The position numbers were made by a program, and so were the translations under genes. Shown piece by piece: positions 1 through 8,660 of a stretch of DNA of 32,000 nucleotides. The DNA is from Candidatus Caldarchaeum subterraneum (lineage in GTDB: Archaea; Thermoproteota; Nitrososphaeria_A; Caldarchaeales; Caldarchaeaceae). Every line of letters begins with the position of its first letter. Within the stretch, counting starts at the first letter, position 1. The stretch spans positions 372,933 to 404,932 of the forward strand of contig BA000048.1 of assembly GCA_000270325.1 (NCBI GenBank). The letters run 5' to 3'. Under the pieces are notes generated by a model. It saw only the letters and a program-made list of their open reading frames with translations. It did not search any database and was not told the DNA's origin.

Positions 1-498
1 TATGCTGACTCCGAGCTTGTTTCTATCCTTAACCATTAGCCTTGCGAAGCTTAGGTTCACCTCACCTGTTTCAGGATGGTTTGCGACAACTATTCCCGAG
101 GTTATGTATCGTCCACCATCTTCCACAAAGAACTTCAGAGCAGGTAAGGTGCCTAGGTCCACCTCGCTGGAAAGATGTTTCACCTCCTTTACAGGCCCCG
201 TTGAAACATACTCCGGTTCCACAATAACACTTGTCTTCTCAAGCCATTTATCATAGAAATTCCACATATCGGCGCCAATCATCCTCGCCACACGCGCCCT
301 TGAGCCGAAGACGTTGGCCACTACAGGCATATCGCAGCCCTGGACTTTTTCAAAGAACAAAACAGGATTCCCCTTCCGCTCAAACATTTTCCAGACAGCG
401 GTTATCTCATACTCAAGTGAGACTTGTTCAGAGATTTTCACAAATTCCTCTGGAAAATTTTGTCTGAGGTCCTCGAGATATTGTCGCAGGTCTTTCAC
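1..498 (-). CDS. UbiD-family (de)carboxylase, N-terminal 166 codons (gene runs off the left edge)
   Basis: Absent from the ORF track because it is open at the window edge. My minus-strand translation starts at GTG 498-496, with a TAG immediately upstream: VKDLRQYLEDLRQNFPEEFVKISEQVSLEYEITAVWKMFERKGNPVLFFEKVQGCDMPVVANVFGSRARVARMIG...FFVEDGGRYITSGIVVANHPETGEVNLSFARLMVKDRNKLGVSI. There is no stop down to position 1. This is the canonical UbiD N-terminal pattern. The + strand ORFs in 2..547 are its shadows. Confidence 0.8.
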   Translation of the reverse strand, partial: MKDLRQYLEDLRQNFPEEFVKISEQVSLEYEITAVWKMFERKGNPVLFFEKVQGCDMPVVANVFGSRARVARMIGADMWNFYDKWLEKTSVIVEPEYVSTGPVKEVKHLSSEVDLGTLPALKFFVEDGGRYITSGIVVANHPETGEVNLSFARLMVKDRNKLGVSI

Positions 499-575
499 AA
501 GCCCAAGATACTATGTGGTGTTTTTATCTATTACCGAGATTGTTTGAATCGTTATAAACAAGTGTCCTCTGTCCA

Positions 576-1535
576 GTGGCTATGCGGCTTGGCATAGCTC
601 TTGTTCCCGAGTTTATCGGGAGAGCGAAAACCATAACATATGGTGTTTCTGCGGAAAAGGTTGGCTACGATTCTGTCTGGGTTCCTGAACATTTGAATGG
701 TGGTGAAGCCTTCTCGTTACTGGGGGCGATAGCGGCGAAAACTTCGAAAATAAGGCTTGGAACAGCGGTGGTCAGCATAAACCTCCGCCATCCAGCGGTA
801 ACAGCTCTCGCGGCAGCGACTCTTAGCGATGTTTCAGGAGGCCGCTTTACGTTAGGAATTGGTTTGGGTGATTTGACGCAGCTGAGAAACTCTCTCGGCA
901 TCATCGATGACAAGCCCGTGAAGTCGATGGTTGAGGCTGTTAAAATCTGTAGACAAATTTTCCGAGGGAGTTCCGATTTTGAAGGTATAAGGTTCCGCTC
1001 ACATCTTCAACACATCATCAGGCCTAAAAGTTCTCCGAAAATATTCATCGCCGCTGTGGGTGAGCAGATGCTTAAAGCAGCAGCTAGGCACGGCGACGGC
1101 GTAATCTTCTCCATATTCATGTCACCTGAATCCATAAAGAAATCAACCGCGGTGATAAAGACCACATCTGGGTTCTCGGCTCGACGTGATTATTTCGAGT
1201 TTATGGGACTGTTGGCAACTGCTACAGAAAAGCACATTCAGCAGCTTAGGGAATTGGCCGCTGTTTTTCTCTCTTGGCCGGGCCGGGCTGAACGTTCTCT
1301 CCCCAACAATTTGTTCAACAAGATAGATGTCGAGAAACTAAGCATGCATGTCTCAAGAGGACAGAAAGGAAAAGCCGCTGAACTGGTGGATGATGAAGTG
1401 CTTGAGGAATTTGCATGCATCGGCTCCCTCAAAACAATACGCAGAAAAATCGGAGAGTTTATCGACGCCGGCTTAACATATCCGGTTCTGTATCCAGTAG
1501 GCGATGCCAAGAATTTTCTGGATAAACTGGTTTAA
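576..1535 (+). CDS. LLM-class (luciferase-like) flavin/F420-dependent oxidoreductase
   Basis: 319-aa ORF with GYDSVWVPEHL, RLGTAVVSINLRHP and GGRFTLGIGLG, typical of the luciferase-like monooxygenase / methylene-H4MPT-reductase-like family. The track start is GTG 576. ATG 582 lies about 27 nt downstream of the TATA-like GTTATAAACA (551-560) and is the likelier start. Confidence 0.8.
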   Translation: MAMRLGIALVPEFIGRAKTITYGVSAEKVGYDSVWVPEHLNGGEAFSLLGAIAAKTSKIRLGTAVVSINLRHPAVTALAAATLSDVSGGRFTLGIGLGDLTQLRNSLGIIDDKPVKSMVEAVKICRQIFRGSSDFEGIRFRSHLQHIIRPKSSPKIFIAAVGEQMLKAAARHGDGVIFSIFMSPESIKKSTAVIKTTSGFSARRDYFEFMGLLATATEKHIQQLRELAAVFLSWPGRAERSLPNNLFNKIDVEKLSMHVSRGQKGKAAELVDDEVLEEFACIGSLKTIRRKIGEFIDAGLTYPVLYPVGDAKNFLDKLV

Positions 1536-1550
1536 ATAATCGATGGTAGA

Positions 1551-2030
1551 ATGATAAATGTGGTTAGAGTTTTATACATAGGAGTAGCAATTGTTGTTGC
1601 CGCGGCAGTGGCTTTAGCCGTGGTCTTCGGTGTGGGTTCTCTGTTGGAGGTCTCTGACATATCTATGAGGAAAGGCACAAACAGTGCCGGTATCTTCTTT
1701 GATCTTCACAATAGAGGGTTTCTGCGGGATTGTGTTGTCGGTGTGGAGGTTTTAGGCGAGGGTCACATGGGTGAGGAAGTTCTTCAAGCTGAGTTGCATA
1801 GAACGGTGATGGAGGACAACGTTATGAAGATGGTGAAGGTTGACAAAGTATGTGTCGAGCCTTTCAGCACAGTTAAGATGCGTGGAGCCGAGGGAGAGGG
1901 ATACCATGTCATGGTTTTCGGGGAAGTGGAGCATTTCGACAGCTTTCATGTCCATCTCAAGATGGAGAGCGGCAAGGTAATCCACTTCTACGCACAGCCA
2001 GCTGGAGCCGGTTCCCAGCACACCCATTAA
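1551..2030 (+). CDS. PCu(A)C-family (DUF461-like) copper chaperone with N-terminal membrane anchor
   Basis: 159-aa ORF. The N-terminus is hydrophobic (IGVAIVVAAAVALAVVFGV). It is followed by ELHRTVMEDNVMKMVKV...GYHVMVFG...VHLKMESGKVIHF, which matches the H/M-rich copper-binding pattern (H..M, MxM, HxM) of PCuAC proteins. Confidence 0.55.
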   Translation: MINVVRVLYIGVAIVVAAAVALAVVFGVGSLLEVSDISMRKGTNSAGIFFDLHNRGFLRDCVVGVEVLGEGHMGEEVLQAELHRTVMEDNVMKMVKVDKVCVEPFSTVKMRGAEGEGYHVMVFGEVEHFDSFHVHLKMESGKVIHFYAQPAGAGSQHTH

Positions 2031-2060
2031 ACACTACCTTTTTTATTCATCCTAAGGCAG

Positions 2061-2070
2061 AATATATAAA
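2061..2070 (+). promoter_or_regulatory. TATA box of tuf
   Basis: AATATATAAA, centred about 28 nt upstream of ATG 2094. Confidence 0.5.
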
Positions 2071-2093
2071 GGGGGAATAACAGAGGATTGGCG

Positions 2094-3389
2094 ATGTCGG
2101 CAAAACCACACATGAACCTTGTGGTCATAGGACACGTTGACCACGGAAAATCGACGACGATGGGTCATTTTCTCTACAAGATGGGGGCTATCGACGAGCG
2201 CACGCTAAAGACCTACGAGGAGGAGGCGAAGAAGATAGGCAAGGAGAGCTTCAAGTATGCTTGGGTGCTTGACAGAGTCAAAGAGGAGAGGGAGAGAGGA
2301 CTTACCATCGACCTAGCCTTCCAGAAATTTGAGACAAGAAAATACTATTTCACGCTCATCGACGCGCCCGGTCACAGAGACTTCGTAAAGAACATGATTA
2401 CCGGAGCGAGCCAGGCAGATGCGGCGATAATGGTTGTCTCGGCGAAGAAGGGCGAGGCTGAGGTCGGCATAGCTCCAGGTGGACAGACCCGTGAACACGC
2501 CTACCTCTCTTTCGTTCTCGGCATCAGACAGATTATTGTCCTGATAAACAAGATGGACGATAGCTCCGTGAACTGGGCGAAGGCAAGGTATGAAGAGGTT
2601 AAGCAGATGGCTAGTGACCTGCTGAAAACCATCGGCTACAACATCGCCAAGATAAACTTCATACCTGTGTCGGGTTGGCTGGGCGACAACTTGACCGAGA
2701 AAAGCTCCAACATGCCGTGGTACAACGGCCCAACCCTGCTCGAGGCGCTGGACATGCTGGAGGAGCCGCCCAAGCCAATAGACAAGCCTCTGAGGATACC
2801 GATTCAGGGTGTCTACTCCATCAAAGGTGTTGGAGTCGTCCCCGTTGGGCGGGTTGAGCAAGGAGTTTTGAAGCCGGGCGACATCGTGGCAATTTATCCG
2901 GGAGGTTTGAAGGCGGAGGTCAAGTCGATAGAGATGCATCATCAGTCGCTTCAGCAGGCGATTCCCGGCGACAACATCGGGTTCAACCTGAAGGGTGTTG
3001 AGAAGAACCAGCTGTCCCGTGGGATGGTTGTCACCAAGCCCGATACACCCATACCCGTAGCCAAAGAATTCATCGGACAGATATATGTCATCTATCATCC
3101 AACAGCTATCGCCGTGGGATACACACCGGTTCTCCACATACACACCGCGCAAACGGCCGTCAAGTTTGTCGAGCTTATCCAGAAGATGGACCCGAGAACT
3201 GGCCAAATAACCGAGAAGAACCCCTCCTTCCTCAAGACCGGTGACGTGGCTGTTGTGCGACTAAGGCCCCTTAACCCCGTAGCGATAGAGCCGGCGAGCG
3301 TGTCACCCGAGCTCGGGCGCTTCGCCATAAGAGACAGCGGAATGACCGTTGCAGCAGGTGTGGTGAAAGAGATAACAGAAACAGCCTAA
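2094..3389 (+). CDS. tuf: Translation elongation factor EF-1alpha
   Basis: Motifs GHVDHGKST (G1), DAPGHRDF (G3) and NKMD (G4), with full-length archaeal EF-1alpha organisation. The track start is TTG 2088; ATG 2094 gives the typical MSAKPHMNLVVIGHVDHGKST N-terminus. Confidence 0.97.
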   Translation: MSAKPHMNLVVIGHVDHGKSTTMGHFLYKMGAIDERTLKTYEEEAKKIGKESFKYAWVLDRVKEERERGLTIDLAFQKFETRKYYFTLIDAPGHRDFVKNMITGASQADAAIMVVSAKKGEAEVGIAPGGQTREHAYLSFVLGIRQIIVLINKMDDSSVNWAKARYEEVKQMASDLLKTIGYNIAKINFIPVSGWLGDNLTEKSSNMPWYNGPTLLEALDMLEEPPKPIDKPLRIPIQGVYSIKGVGVVPVGRVEQGVLKPGDIVAIYPGGLKAEVKSIEMHHQSLQQAIPGDNIGFNLKGVEKNQLSRGMVVTKPDTPIPVAKEFIGQIYVIYHPTAIAVGYTPVLHIHTAQTAVKFVELIQKMDPRTGQITEKNPSFLKTGDVAVVRLRPLNPVAIEPASVSPELGRFAIRDSGMTVAAGVVKEITETA

Positions 3390-3396
3390 CAAACAA

Positions 3397-3408
3397 TTTT
3401 TTTATTTT
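3397..3408 (+). terminator. Oligo-T tract after tuf (archaeal-type terminator), overlapping the rps10 stop codon
   Basis: TTTTTTTATTTT begins 8 nt after the tuf stop codon. Confidence 0.45.
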
Positions 3409-3719
3409 GTTGTCATCTGCATCTCTATAGCAACGTCGTCGGGTATCTGTATACGCATTATCTGACGCATTACTCTCTGGTCGGTTATGCCAAGGTCTAT
3501 CAGCCTGCGGTGTATGCGCATCTGGTGTTTTCGCCATGTTTTGGTGCCTTCTCCGCAGGGGGATTTGCGGGTGGGTATGACCAGTTTTTTCACGGGAAGA
3601 GGTATAGGTCCCGATATCTTTGTGCCTGTTTTCTCGGCTATGTCCTTTATCTCCCTGCATACTTCCTCGAGCTTGGTGAGGTTTGTGCTGGTCACTTTGA
3701 TTCGTACTATTTGCGTCAT
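3402..3719 (-). CDS. rps10: 30S ribosomal protein uS10
   Basis: 105 aa: IVRIKVTSTNLTKLEEVCREIKDIAEKTGTKISGPIPLPVKKLVIPTRKSPCGEGTKTWRKHQMRIHRRLIDL, the archaeal S10 signature. Confidence 0.95.
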   Translation of the reverse strand: MTQIVRIKVTSTNLTKLEEVCREIKDIAEKTGTKISGPIPLPVKKLVIPTRKSPCGEGTKTWRKHQMRIHRRLIDLGITDQRVMRQIMRIQIPDDVAIEMQMTTK

Positions 3720-3767
3720 CGCGGTCTAACCAACTATGCGTCTTGAGCCAAGGTAAAAACCTTAACT

Positions 3768-4529
3768 TCAGAGAGCTCTCCGCGTCACATCGCTGTGCCT
3801 GAACCGAAGCCACGCGACGAGGAAAAACACGGCTGAGTAGGTGACGAGGTTTGCAGCTGCGAGCCACAGGTTTTCTGCTCCAAAACCGGCGAAGGGTGCT
3901 CCGGGTGTGTTTATGCCGAGTCCAACGGCGTCCGTCAATATGGTGGGCGTCAGTCCCGTAGGAGCCCATGTAGGTAGAAATCTCACAAACTCCTGGAGCG
4001 TCAAATCTCCTGCGATGAGGGCGACAAAGTTTGCATAGGTTTGGACAAGTGCAGACGCGAAGAAAACTGCTCCCGCAACGATGGTCGACATCATGCTTCT
4101 CCTCAGAAGCTCTCCAAAGGCCAGGCCAATCGCATAGAAAGGTGCGGCCGAGGCTGTAGAAACCGCGAGGGCTAGGGGAAATGTCTCGACTTTGCTCTGT
4201 GGCCCGAAAACATACCATGACACCGAGAGGGAGAGTAGGGAGTAGGTGAAGATGATTAGGAAAAGAAGAACCAGTCCTCCGATGGTTTTGCCGAGGAAGT
4301 AGCTGCTTCTTCTAAGGGGCTGCGTCATCCAATAGTCCGCTGTTCCCAGTTCATACTCCTCCGCCGACGTAGAGGAGCCTATGGTGAGGGCGAGCACGTG
4401 AAGAAGACCTGCGGACGGGGCGATTATCCCCAGCGTCCAAGCAGCTCCTGAGAAAGCTTGTATAAACTGCGGCGGCAGCCTCGTCAAAACAAGATACAGG
4501 CCCAATTCGAGGAGAAAAGTTATGGCCAC
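3768..4529 (-). CDS. ABC-2-type transporter permease
   Basis: 253 aa with about six hydrophobic helices. It lies directly downstream of an ABC ATPase gene on the same strand. Confidence 0.65.
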   Translation of the reverse strand: MAITFLLELGLYLVLTRLPPQFIQAFSGAAWTLGIIAPSAGLLHVLALTIGSSTSAEEYELGTADYWMTQPLRRSSYFLGKTIGGLVLLFLIIFTYSLLSLSVSWYVFGPQSKVETFPLALAVSTASAAPFYAIGLAFGELLRRSMMSTIVAGAVFFASALVQTYANFVALIAGDLTLQEFVRFLPTWAPTGLTPTILTDAVGLGINTPGAPFAGFGAENLWLAAANLVTYSAVFFLVAWLRFRHSDVTRRAL

Positions 4530-4596
4530 GAGTATCAGAACCCGTCTCCGTGCAAGGCTTTTCCGCAGCTCATACTCGATGAGGACTAGATGGATT

Positions 4597-5541
4597 TTAG
4601 CCGCCGACAGATTCCCTCACCCTGTTGATAAACACCTCTTCAAGCGAGGGCTGAGACAGTCTGAACTCCCTCAGCCCATATCCCAGCTTTACGATTTTTT
4701 CAGCGATTTTTTCACGTGGGTCAAGTGAGGAATCAACATGGATGACGACTCTGTTCGCCTCGATTGCGACCTTGAGAACGCCGGTGATTTCTTCAAGTGC
4801 TTTGGCGAGTTTGCCGTCAGGCTCAGCGGCAAGCTCAGCAACAACCCTGGTGTGTGAGCTGTTGTTGAGCAGGTTCATGACCATGTCTTCGAAGACGGTT
4901 TTACCCCTGTAGACCATGGCTACTCGGTCGGAGAGTCTCTGAACTTCGTATAGCTCATGGGAGGAGAAGATGATGGTTTTGCCCTGTTTTCTCAGCTGGG
5001 TTAGAACGTCGCGGATGTGCGCTCTGCCGACAGGGTCTACTCCTAGCATCGGCTCGTCAAGTACAAGTAGAGGAGGGTCTCCTACGAGAGCTTGTCCGAT
5101 GGAGAGCCGCTGCACCATACCTTTCGAGAAGTTTCCGATTTTTCTGTCGGCGTGGTTAACCAACCCCGTTAAGTCGAGAACCCGTCTAACCTCGTTATCC
5201 GCATCTTTTCCGAAAATTTTTTTCATGCTGCATGTTACGCGGAGAAGTTTCTCGGCGGTGAAGAATGGTGGATAGTTTGGGATTTCGGGTGAGTAGCCTA
5301 TTTTCTGGTTGGCTTTTTCCGGGTGGCTGTATGGGTTTAACCCATATACAGAGACTTTTCCTCCGCTGGGTTTTAGTAGTCCCAGTATGGCGCGTAGGGT
5401 GGTGGTTTTGCCCGAGCCGTTGGGCCCCACAAGACCATACACCTCACCTTCGTATACATGAAGGCTTATGGGCCCTATCTTTGTTCCGTCACCGTAAACT
5501 TTCGTGAAAGAGTCAACAACGACGACGGGGTTTTTAGACAT
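4597..5541 (-). CDS. ABC transporter ATP-binding protein
   Basis: Walker A GPNGSGKTT, signature-like FSKGMVQRLSIGQAL, Walker B LLVLDEP, H-loop FSSHELYE. Confidence 0.9.
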   Translation of the reverse strand: MSKNPVVVVDSFTKVYGDGTKIGPISLHVYEGEVYGLVGPNGSGKTTTLRAILGLLKPSGGKVSVYGLNPYSHPEKANQKIGYSPEIPNYPPFFTAEKLLRVTCSMKKIFGKDADNEVRRVLDLTGLVNHADRKIGNFSKGMVQRLSIGQALVGDPPLLVLDEPMLGVDPVGRAHIRDVLTQLRKQGKTIIFSSHELYEVQRLSDRVAMVYRGKTVFEDMVMNLLNNSSHTRVVAELAAEPDGKLAKALEEITGVLKVAIEANRVVIHVDSSLDPREKIAEKIVKLGYGLREFRLSQPSLEEVFINRVRESVGG

Positions 5542-6370
5542 AGTGAGCCTTTTTCTCCCCAGGCTCCATGGCTCTCCCTTTTCTACGCATGCTCAGAAAT
5601 GATACAGCGCCTATTGTCGCCAGCCCAGCGGCCAGCACCACCCCAACCCTGTCAAAGTAAGCCGAGGAAAGTGTCGCCTGCTCCTGAACAACATCCCGTC
5701 GTCCAACACTGTCAAAGAATTGTACAGAACCAGATGGAAACGCTGAGAAGAATGAAGCAGGCGTTGCTGTGAACGAGGTGGGTGAGATAGTGGCCGTCGT
5801 GTTAAATGCCGAGAGGTCTACGTTGGTATCCTTGAGACTCATCTTGAATGAAGCTGTTTTCTGCCCTGAACCTGTGTAGGCAAGGTCAAGGCTGTAAACC
5901 ACTTTTGAGGAGGCGATGATTTCGATGACCCCCTCAAGCCTTGTAGATTCTCCTTGGTTATCTGCAGACGCGGAGACATGGTAAACCTTAGTCACAAACT
6001 CAAACCCTGAAACGGCTCTAAGCTCCTCGCCAATCTCATCCACAGAAATTCTGAGGCTAACGTTTCCCCTTCTAAAGCTGTACACACCCTCGTATTCGGC
6101 CAAATCCACGGCAGGCGGCGAAAAGTAGCTCTGCGGCAAATTCTTCTCAAAAGTAGCTACGCCGTCGTTGAATGTAGCCACGCCTCTTAGACGCAGCCTC
6201 CCATCAGGAAGAACGTCGAGGATGGAGAGGGAGAGCTCTCCAGAGACCGTTTCACCATCACTTTTCGCCAAAACATAAGCATATGAAAAATAGTTTCCCT
6301 TCTCAAAACCCGCCACGGTAGGGAAAAACATCAGGGCGGGAAGGAGCATCGCTAAAAAGAATCTCATCAA
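5534..6370 (-). CDS. Secreted, C-terminally membrane-anchored protein of unknown function
   Basis: 278 aa. Signal-like N-terminus MMRFFLAMLLPALMFFPTVAG and C-terminal TM segment VGVVLAAGLATIGAVSFL followed by basic residues. Its stop overlaps the start of the ABC ATPase gene by 8 nt. Confidence 0.6.
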   Translation of the reverse strand: MMRFFLAMLLPALMFFPTVAGFEKGNYFSYAYVLAKSDGETVSGELSLSILDVLPDGRLRLRGVATFNDGVATFEKNLPQSYFSPPAVDLAEYEGVYSFRRGNVSLRISVDEIGEELRAVSGFEFVTKVYHVSASADNQGESTRLEGVIEIIASSKVVYSLDLAYTGSGQKTASFKMSLKDTNVDLSAFNTTATISPTSFTATPASFFSAFPSGSVQFFDSVGRRDVVQEQATLSSAYFDRVGVVLAAGLATIGAVSFLSMRRKGRAMEPGEKKAHYV

Positions 6371-6427
6371 GTAACCAACTGAGGCAGAACAATTTAAAGG
6401 TAGCCAATTTACACGACTTGTACAGCC

Positions 6428-7834
6428 ATGGAGAATGATTTGACGACTCTGCGGGCTGAGTCACGGCGCCTAGCGGTCGAGCTTGTGAAGGTGCTTGCAG
6501 CTCGTAGAGAGTTGGTGAACAAAATTGCGGAGCATAAAAGAGCATTAGGACAGCAAGCTGTTTTACCCGATGTCGAGAAGGAGGTTAGAAGAGCCATGCT
6601 CGAAGAAGCCTCCAGACACGGCATACCCGAGGACACAATTAACCGCATAGCAACCATAATCTTCTCAGACGCCGTTGAGCAACAGGCGGCAACCCCCAAA
6701 CAGAAGCTCACACACTTCGACATACTTAAGAGAGCCGTCGAGCTTCAGAAAAACGGGCGGGAGGTTCATAGACTCGAGGTCGGTGAGCCAGACCTAGGCG
6801 CGCCGCCTGAGGTAAGACAATCAGCGGCAAACGCTCTCTTAGAGGGATACGCGAGGTACATAGACTCACGTGGACTCGCTGAGCTGCGCACACAGATAGT
6901 GAACCAAGTTTATGAAAAGCATGGGCTTGAGATAACTCCGGAAAATGTGGTCATCACCCCCGGTGGAAGGTTCGCCATCTACCTTGCAGCCAAAACTTTG
7001 CTGCGTGAGGGTGATGAGCTCATCGTCATAGACCCGTCTTGGCCGATGTATAGACAGGTGGCCCCGTTTGTGGGAGCAAGGTCTGTTCATGTCAAGACCC
7101 TTTTTGAAGATGGCTGGACACCATCCATCGACGCAGTCGAGAAACACATCAGCCCCTCAACCAAGGCAATCATCCTCAACTACCCCAATAACCCAACCGG
7201 AAAAATCCTAGACCGCACAACCTTCAACAAACTTGTCGAACTCGCCACAGACCACGGCATCACAGTCATAAGCGACGAGGTCTACGCAGACTACGTCCGA
7301 GACGGCCACGTCAGCATACTCGACAACGACCTCGGAAAACAACATGTATTGATACAATCATTCTCGAAGAGCTATGGAATGACCGGATACAGAATCGGAT
7401 ACGTAATCGCGGACAAAAATCTGGTAGCGAAGATGGCTTCGATAATCGGCTTAGTCATCACATGTGTTCCAGAGTTTATTCAGAGAGGTGCCCTGACAGC
7501 CCTCAGCCTCAGAGATGCGCCGAAGGAGTATGCGGCCATCATGATGCGTAGGATGGAGAAGGCTGTTCACGAGCTTGAGAAAGTCGGAGCAGAGTTCTAC
7601 AGGCCGGACGGAGGGATGTATGTCTTTCCCCGTGTAGGGAAGCTGGGAGAAGACGCCATGGCCACCGCCTTTGAATTGCTCGAGTCAAAAGGTGTAGCGG
7701 TTGCACCGGGTTCACTTTTCGGAGGCTACGACGAGTTTATCAGAATCTCTCTAGGAGCGCCCGACGAGTCGATAGTTAAAGGAATCAGGCTCCTCGGCGA
7801 GTTTATCGCGGAAAAAGGTAGGGCACGTGGATAA
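6428..7834 (+). CDS. Chorismate mutase (AroQ) fused to a class-I (aspartate/aromatic/prephenate-type) aminotransferase
   Basis: The N-terminal 90 aa or so (LRAESRRLAVELVKVLAARRELVNKIAEHKRALG..PDVEKEVRR) form an AroQ helical domain. Residues about 100-468 carry NYPNNPTGK and SFSKSYGMTGYRIGY (the PLP-lysine motif). Confidence 0.85.
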   Translation: MENDLTTLRAESRRLAVELVKVLAARRELVNKIAEHKRALGQQAVLPDVEKEVRRAMLEEASRHGIPEDTINRIATIIFSDAVEQQAATPKQKLTHFDILKRAVELQKNGREVHRLEVGEPDLGAPPEVRQSAANALLEGYARYIDSRGLAELRTQIVNQVYEKHGLEITPENVVITPGGRFAIYLAAKTLLREGDELIVIDPSWPMYRQVAPFVGARSVHVKTLFEDGWTPSIDAVEKHISPSTKAIILNYPNNPTGKILDRTTFNKLVELATDHGITVISDEVYADYVRDGHVSILDNDLGKQHVLIQSFSKSYGMTGYRIGYVIADKNLVAKMASIIGLVITCVPEFIQRGALTALSLRDAPKEYAAIMMRRMEKAVHELEKVGAEFYRPDGGMYVFPRVGKLGEDAMATAFELLESKGVAVAPGSLFGGYDEFIRISLGAPDESIVKGIRLLGEFIAEKGRARG

Positions 7835-8660
7835 GAGAAGGGCCCTCGTCATCGGCGCGGGTCCCATGGGACTTTGGATGGCGCGAAACCTCGTAAAAAG
7901 AGGTTACCGTGTCACGGTATATGACAAAAAAAGGAACAAGCTGAAGAAGATAGAGGGCGGCGGAATCTCGGCAGCGAAATCCCTGAAAGAAGCCCTCTCC
8001 AGCAGCAGCTTAGTCGTGCTCGCGGTCGGGGCCTCAAACGCAGCGACTCTACTTTCTAGTCTTATGTCAACGGTCAGCGGAAAAATAATCCTCGACATCT
8101 CCTCGGTCAAGACACCGGTGGCCAAGGCACTCGCCAAGCATCGGAGAAGCAGCAACATGGTTGTTCTAATTCACCCTCTCTTTGGCCCGGGAACCAAAAA
8201 ACTGGAGGACAAAAGCGTCGTTTTCATTCCCTTCAGAAAACCCGAGGAAGAATACAGAGTCTGCACGGAAGTTTTCCACCCATGCAAAATACTGCGGATG
8301 AGCGTTGAAACACATGACAGGAAGATGGCTTCTGCGATGGCTTTGCCGAGGCTCTTAATCCTTACTCTGCTCAGGAGCTGGAGCATGGATGATGTGAAGC
8401 CTCTCACAGTCAGCCAAAAAGCTCTGATGCTGGTCGCCTCACCAATCCTCAGCGAAAGCCCCAGCCTCTTCAAAGAAATCACCGAGAAAAACCCCTACAC
8501 CGAAAAAGCACTGATAAACGCTCTGAAAACACTAAACCAATTTAGAAACAACCCCTCCACCGCGTCGAAAATCTTCAAACAACTACAGACCAAAAAACTG
8601 GTGAAAGGCTACGCCAAAATCTACCAACTGCTGGAAGAAGCGGCGTCCAAAACATGGTAG
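7827..8660 (+). CDS. tyrA: Prephenate (or arogenate) dehydrogenase
   Basis: Rossmann motif VIGAGPMGLWMARNL, plus DISSVK and HPLFGP. GTG start overlaps the upstream gene by 8 nt. Confidence 0.8.
   Translation: MDKRRALVIGAGPMGLWMARNLVKRGYRVTVYDKKRNKLKKIEGGGISAAKSLKEALSSSSLVVLAVGASNAATLLSSLMSTVSGKIILDISSVKTPVAKALAKHRRSSNMVVLIHPLFGPGTKKLEDKSVVFIPFRKPEEEYRVCTEVFHPCKILRMSVETHDRKMASAMALPRLLILTLLRSWSMDDVKPLTVSQKALMLVASPILSESPSLFKEITEKNPYTEKALINALKTLNQFRNNPSTASKIFKQLQTKKLVKGYAKIYQLLEEAASKTW

Noticed and set aside
2-547. Four + strand ORFs (2..256, 42..227, 231..467, 314..547) at the left edge
   Set aside because: They are antisense shadows of a clear minus-strand UbiD-family reading frame (1..498). 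Their translations are Ser/Pro/Arg-rich and motif-less.
2313-3206. 297-aa minus-strand ORF inside tuf
   Set aside because: It is fully contained in, and antisense to, the unambiguous EF-1alpha gene. No motifs, and the composition is typical of an off-frame translation.
3271-4218. 315-aa minus-strand ORF spanning the tuf 3' end, rps10 and the permease gene
   Set aside because: It overlaps three better-supported genes in other frames, and its Arg/His/Ser/Cys-rich sequence is nonsense-like.
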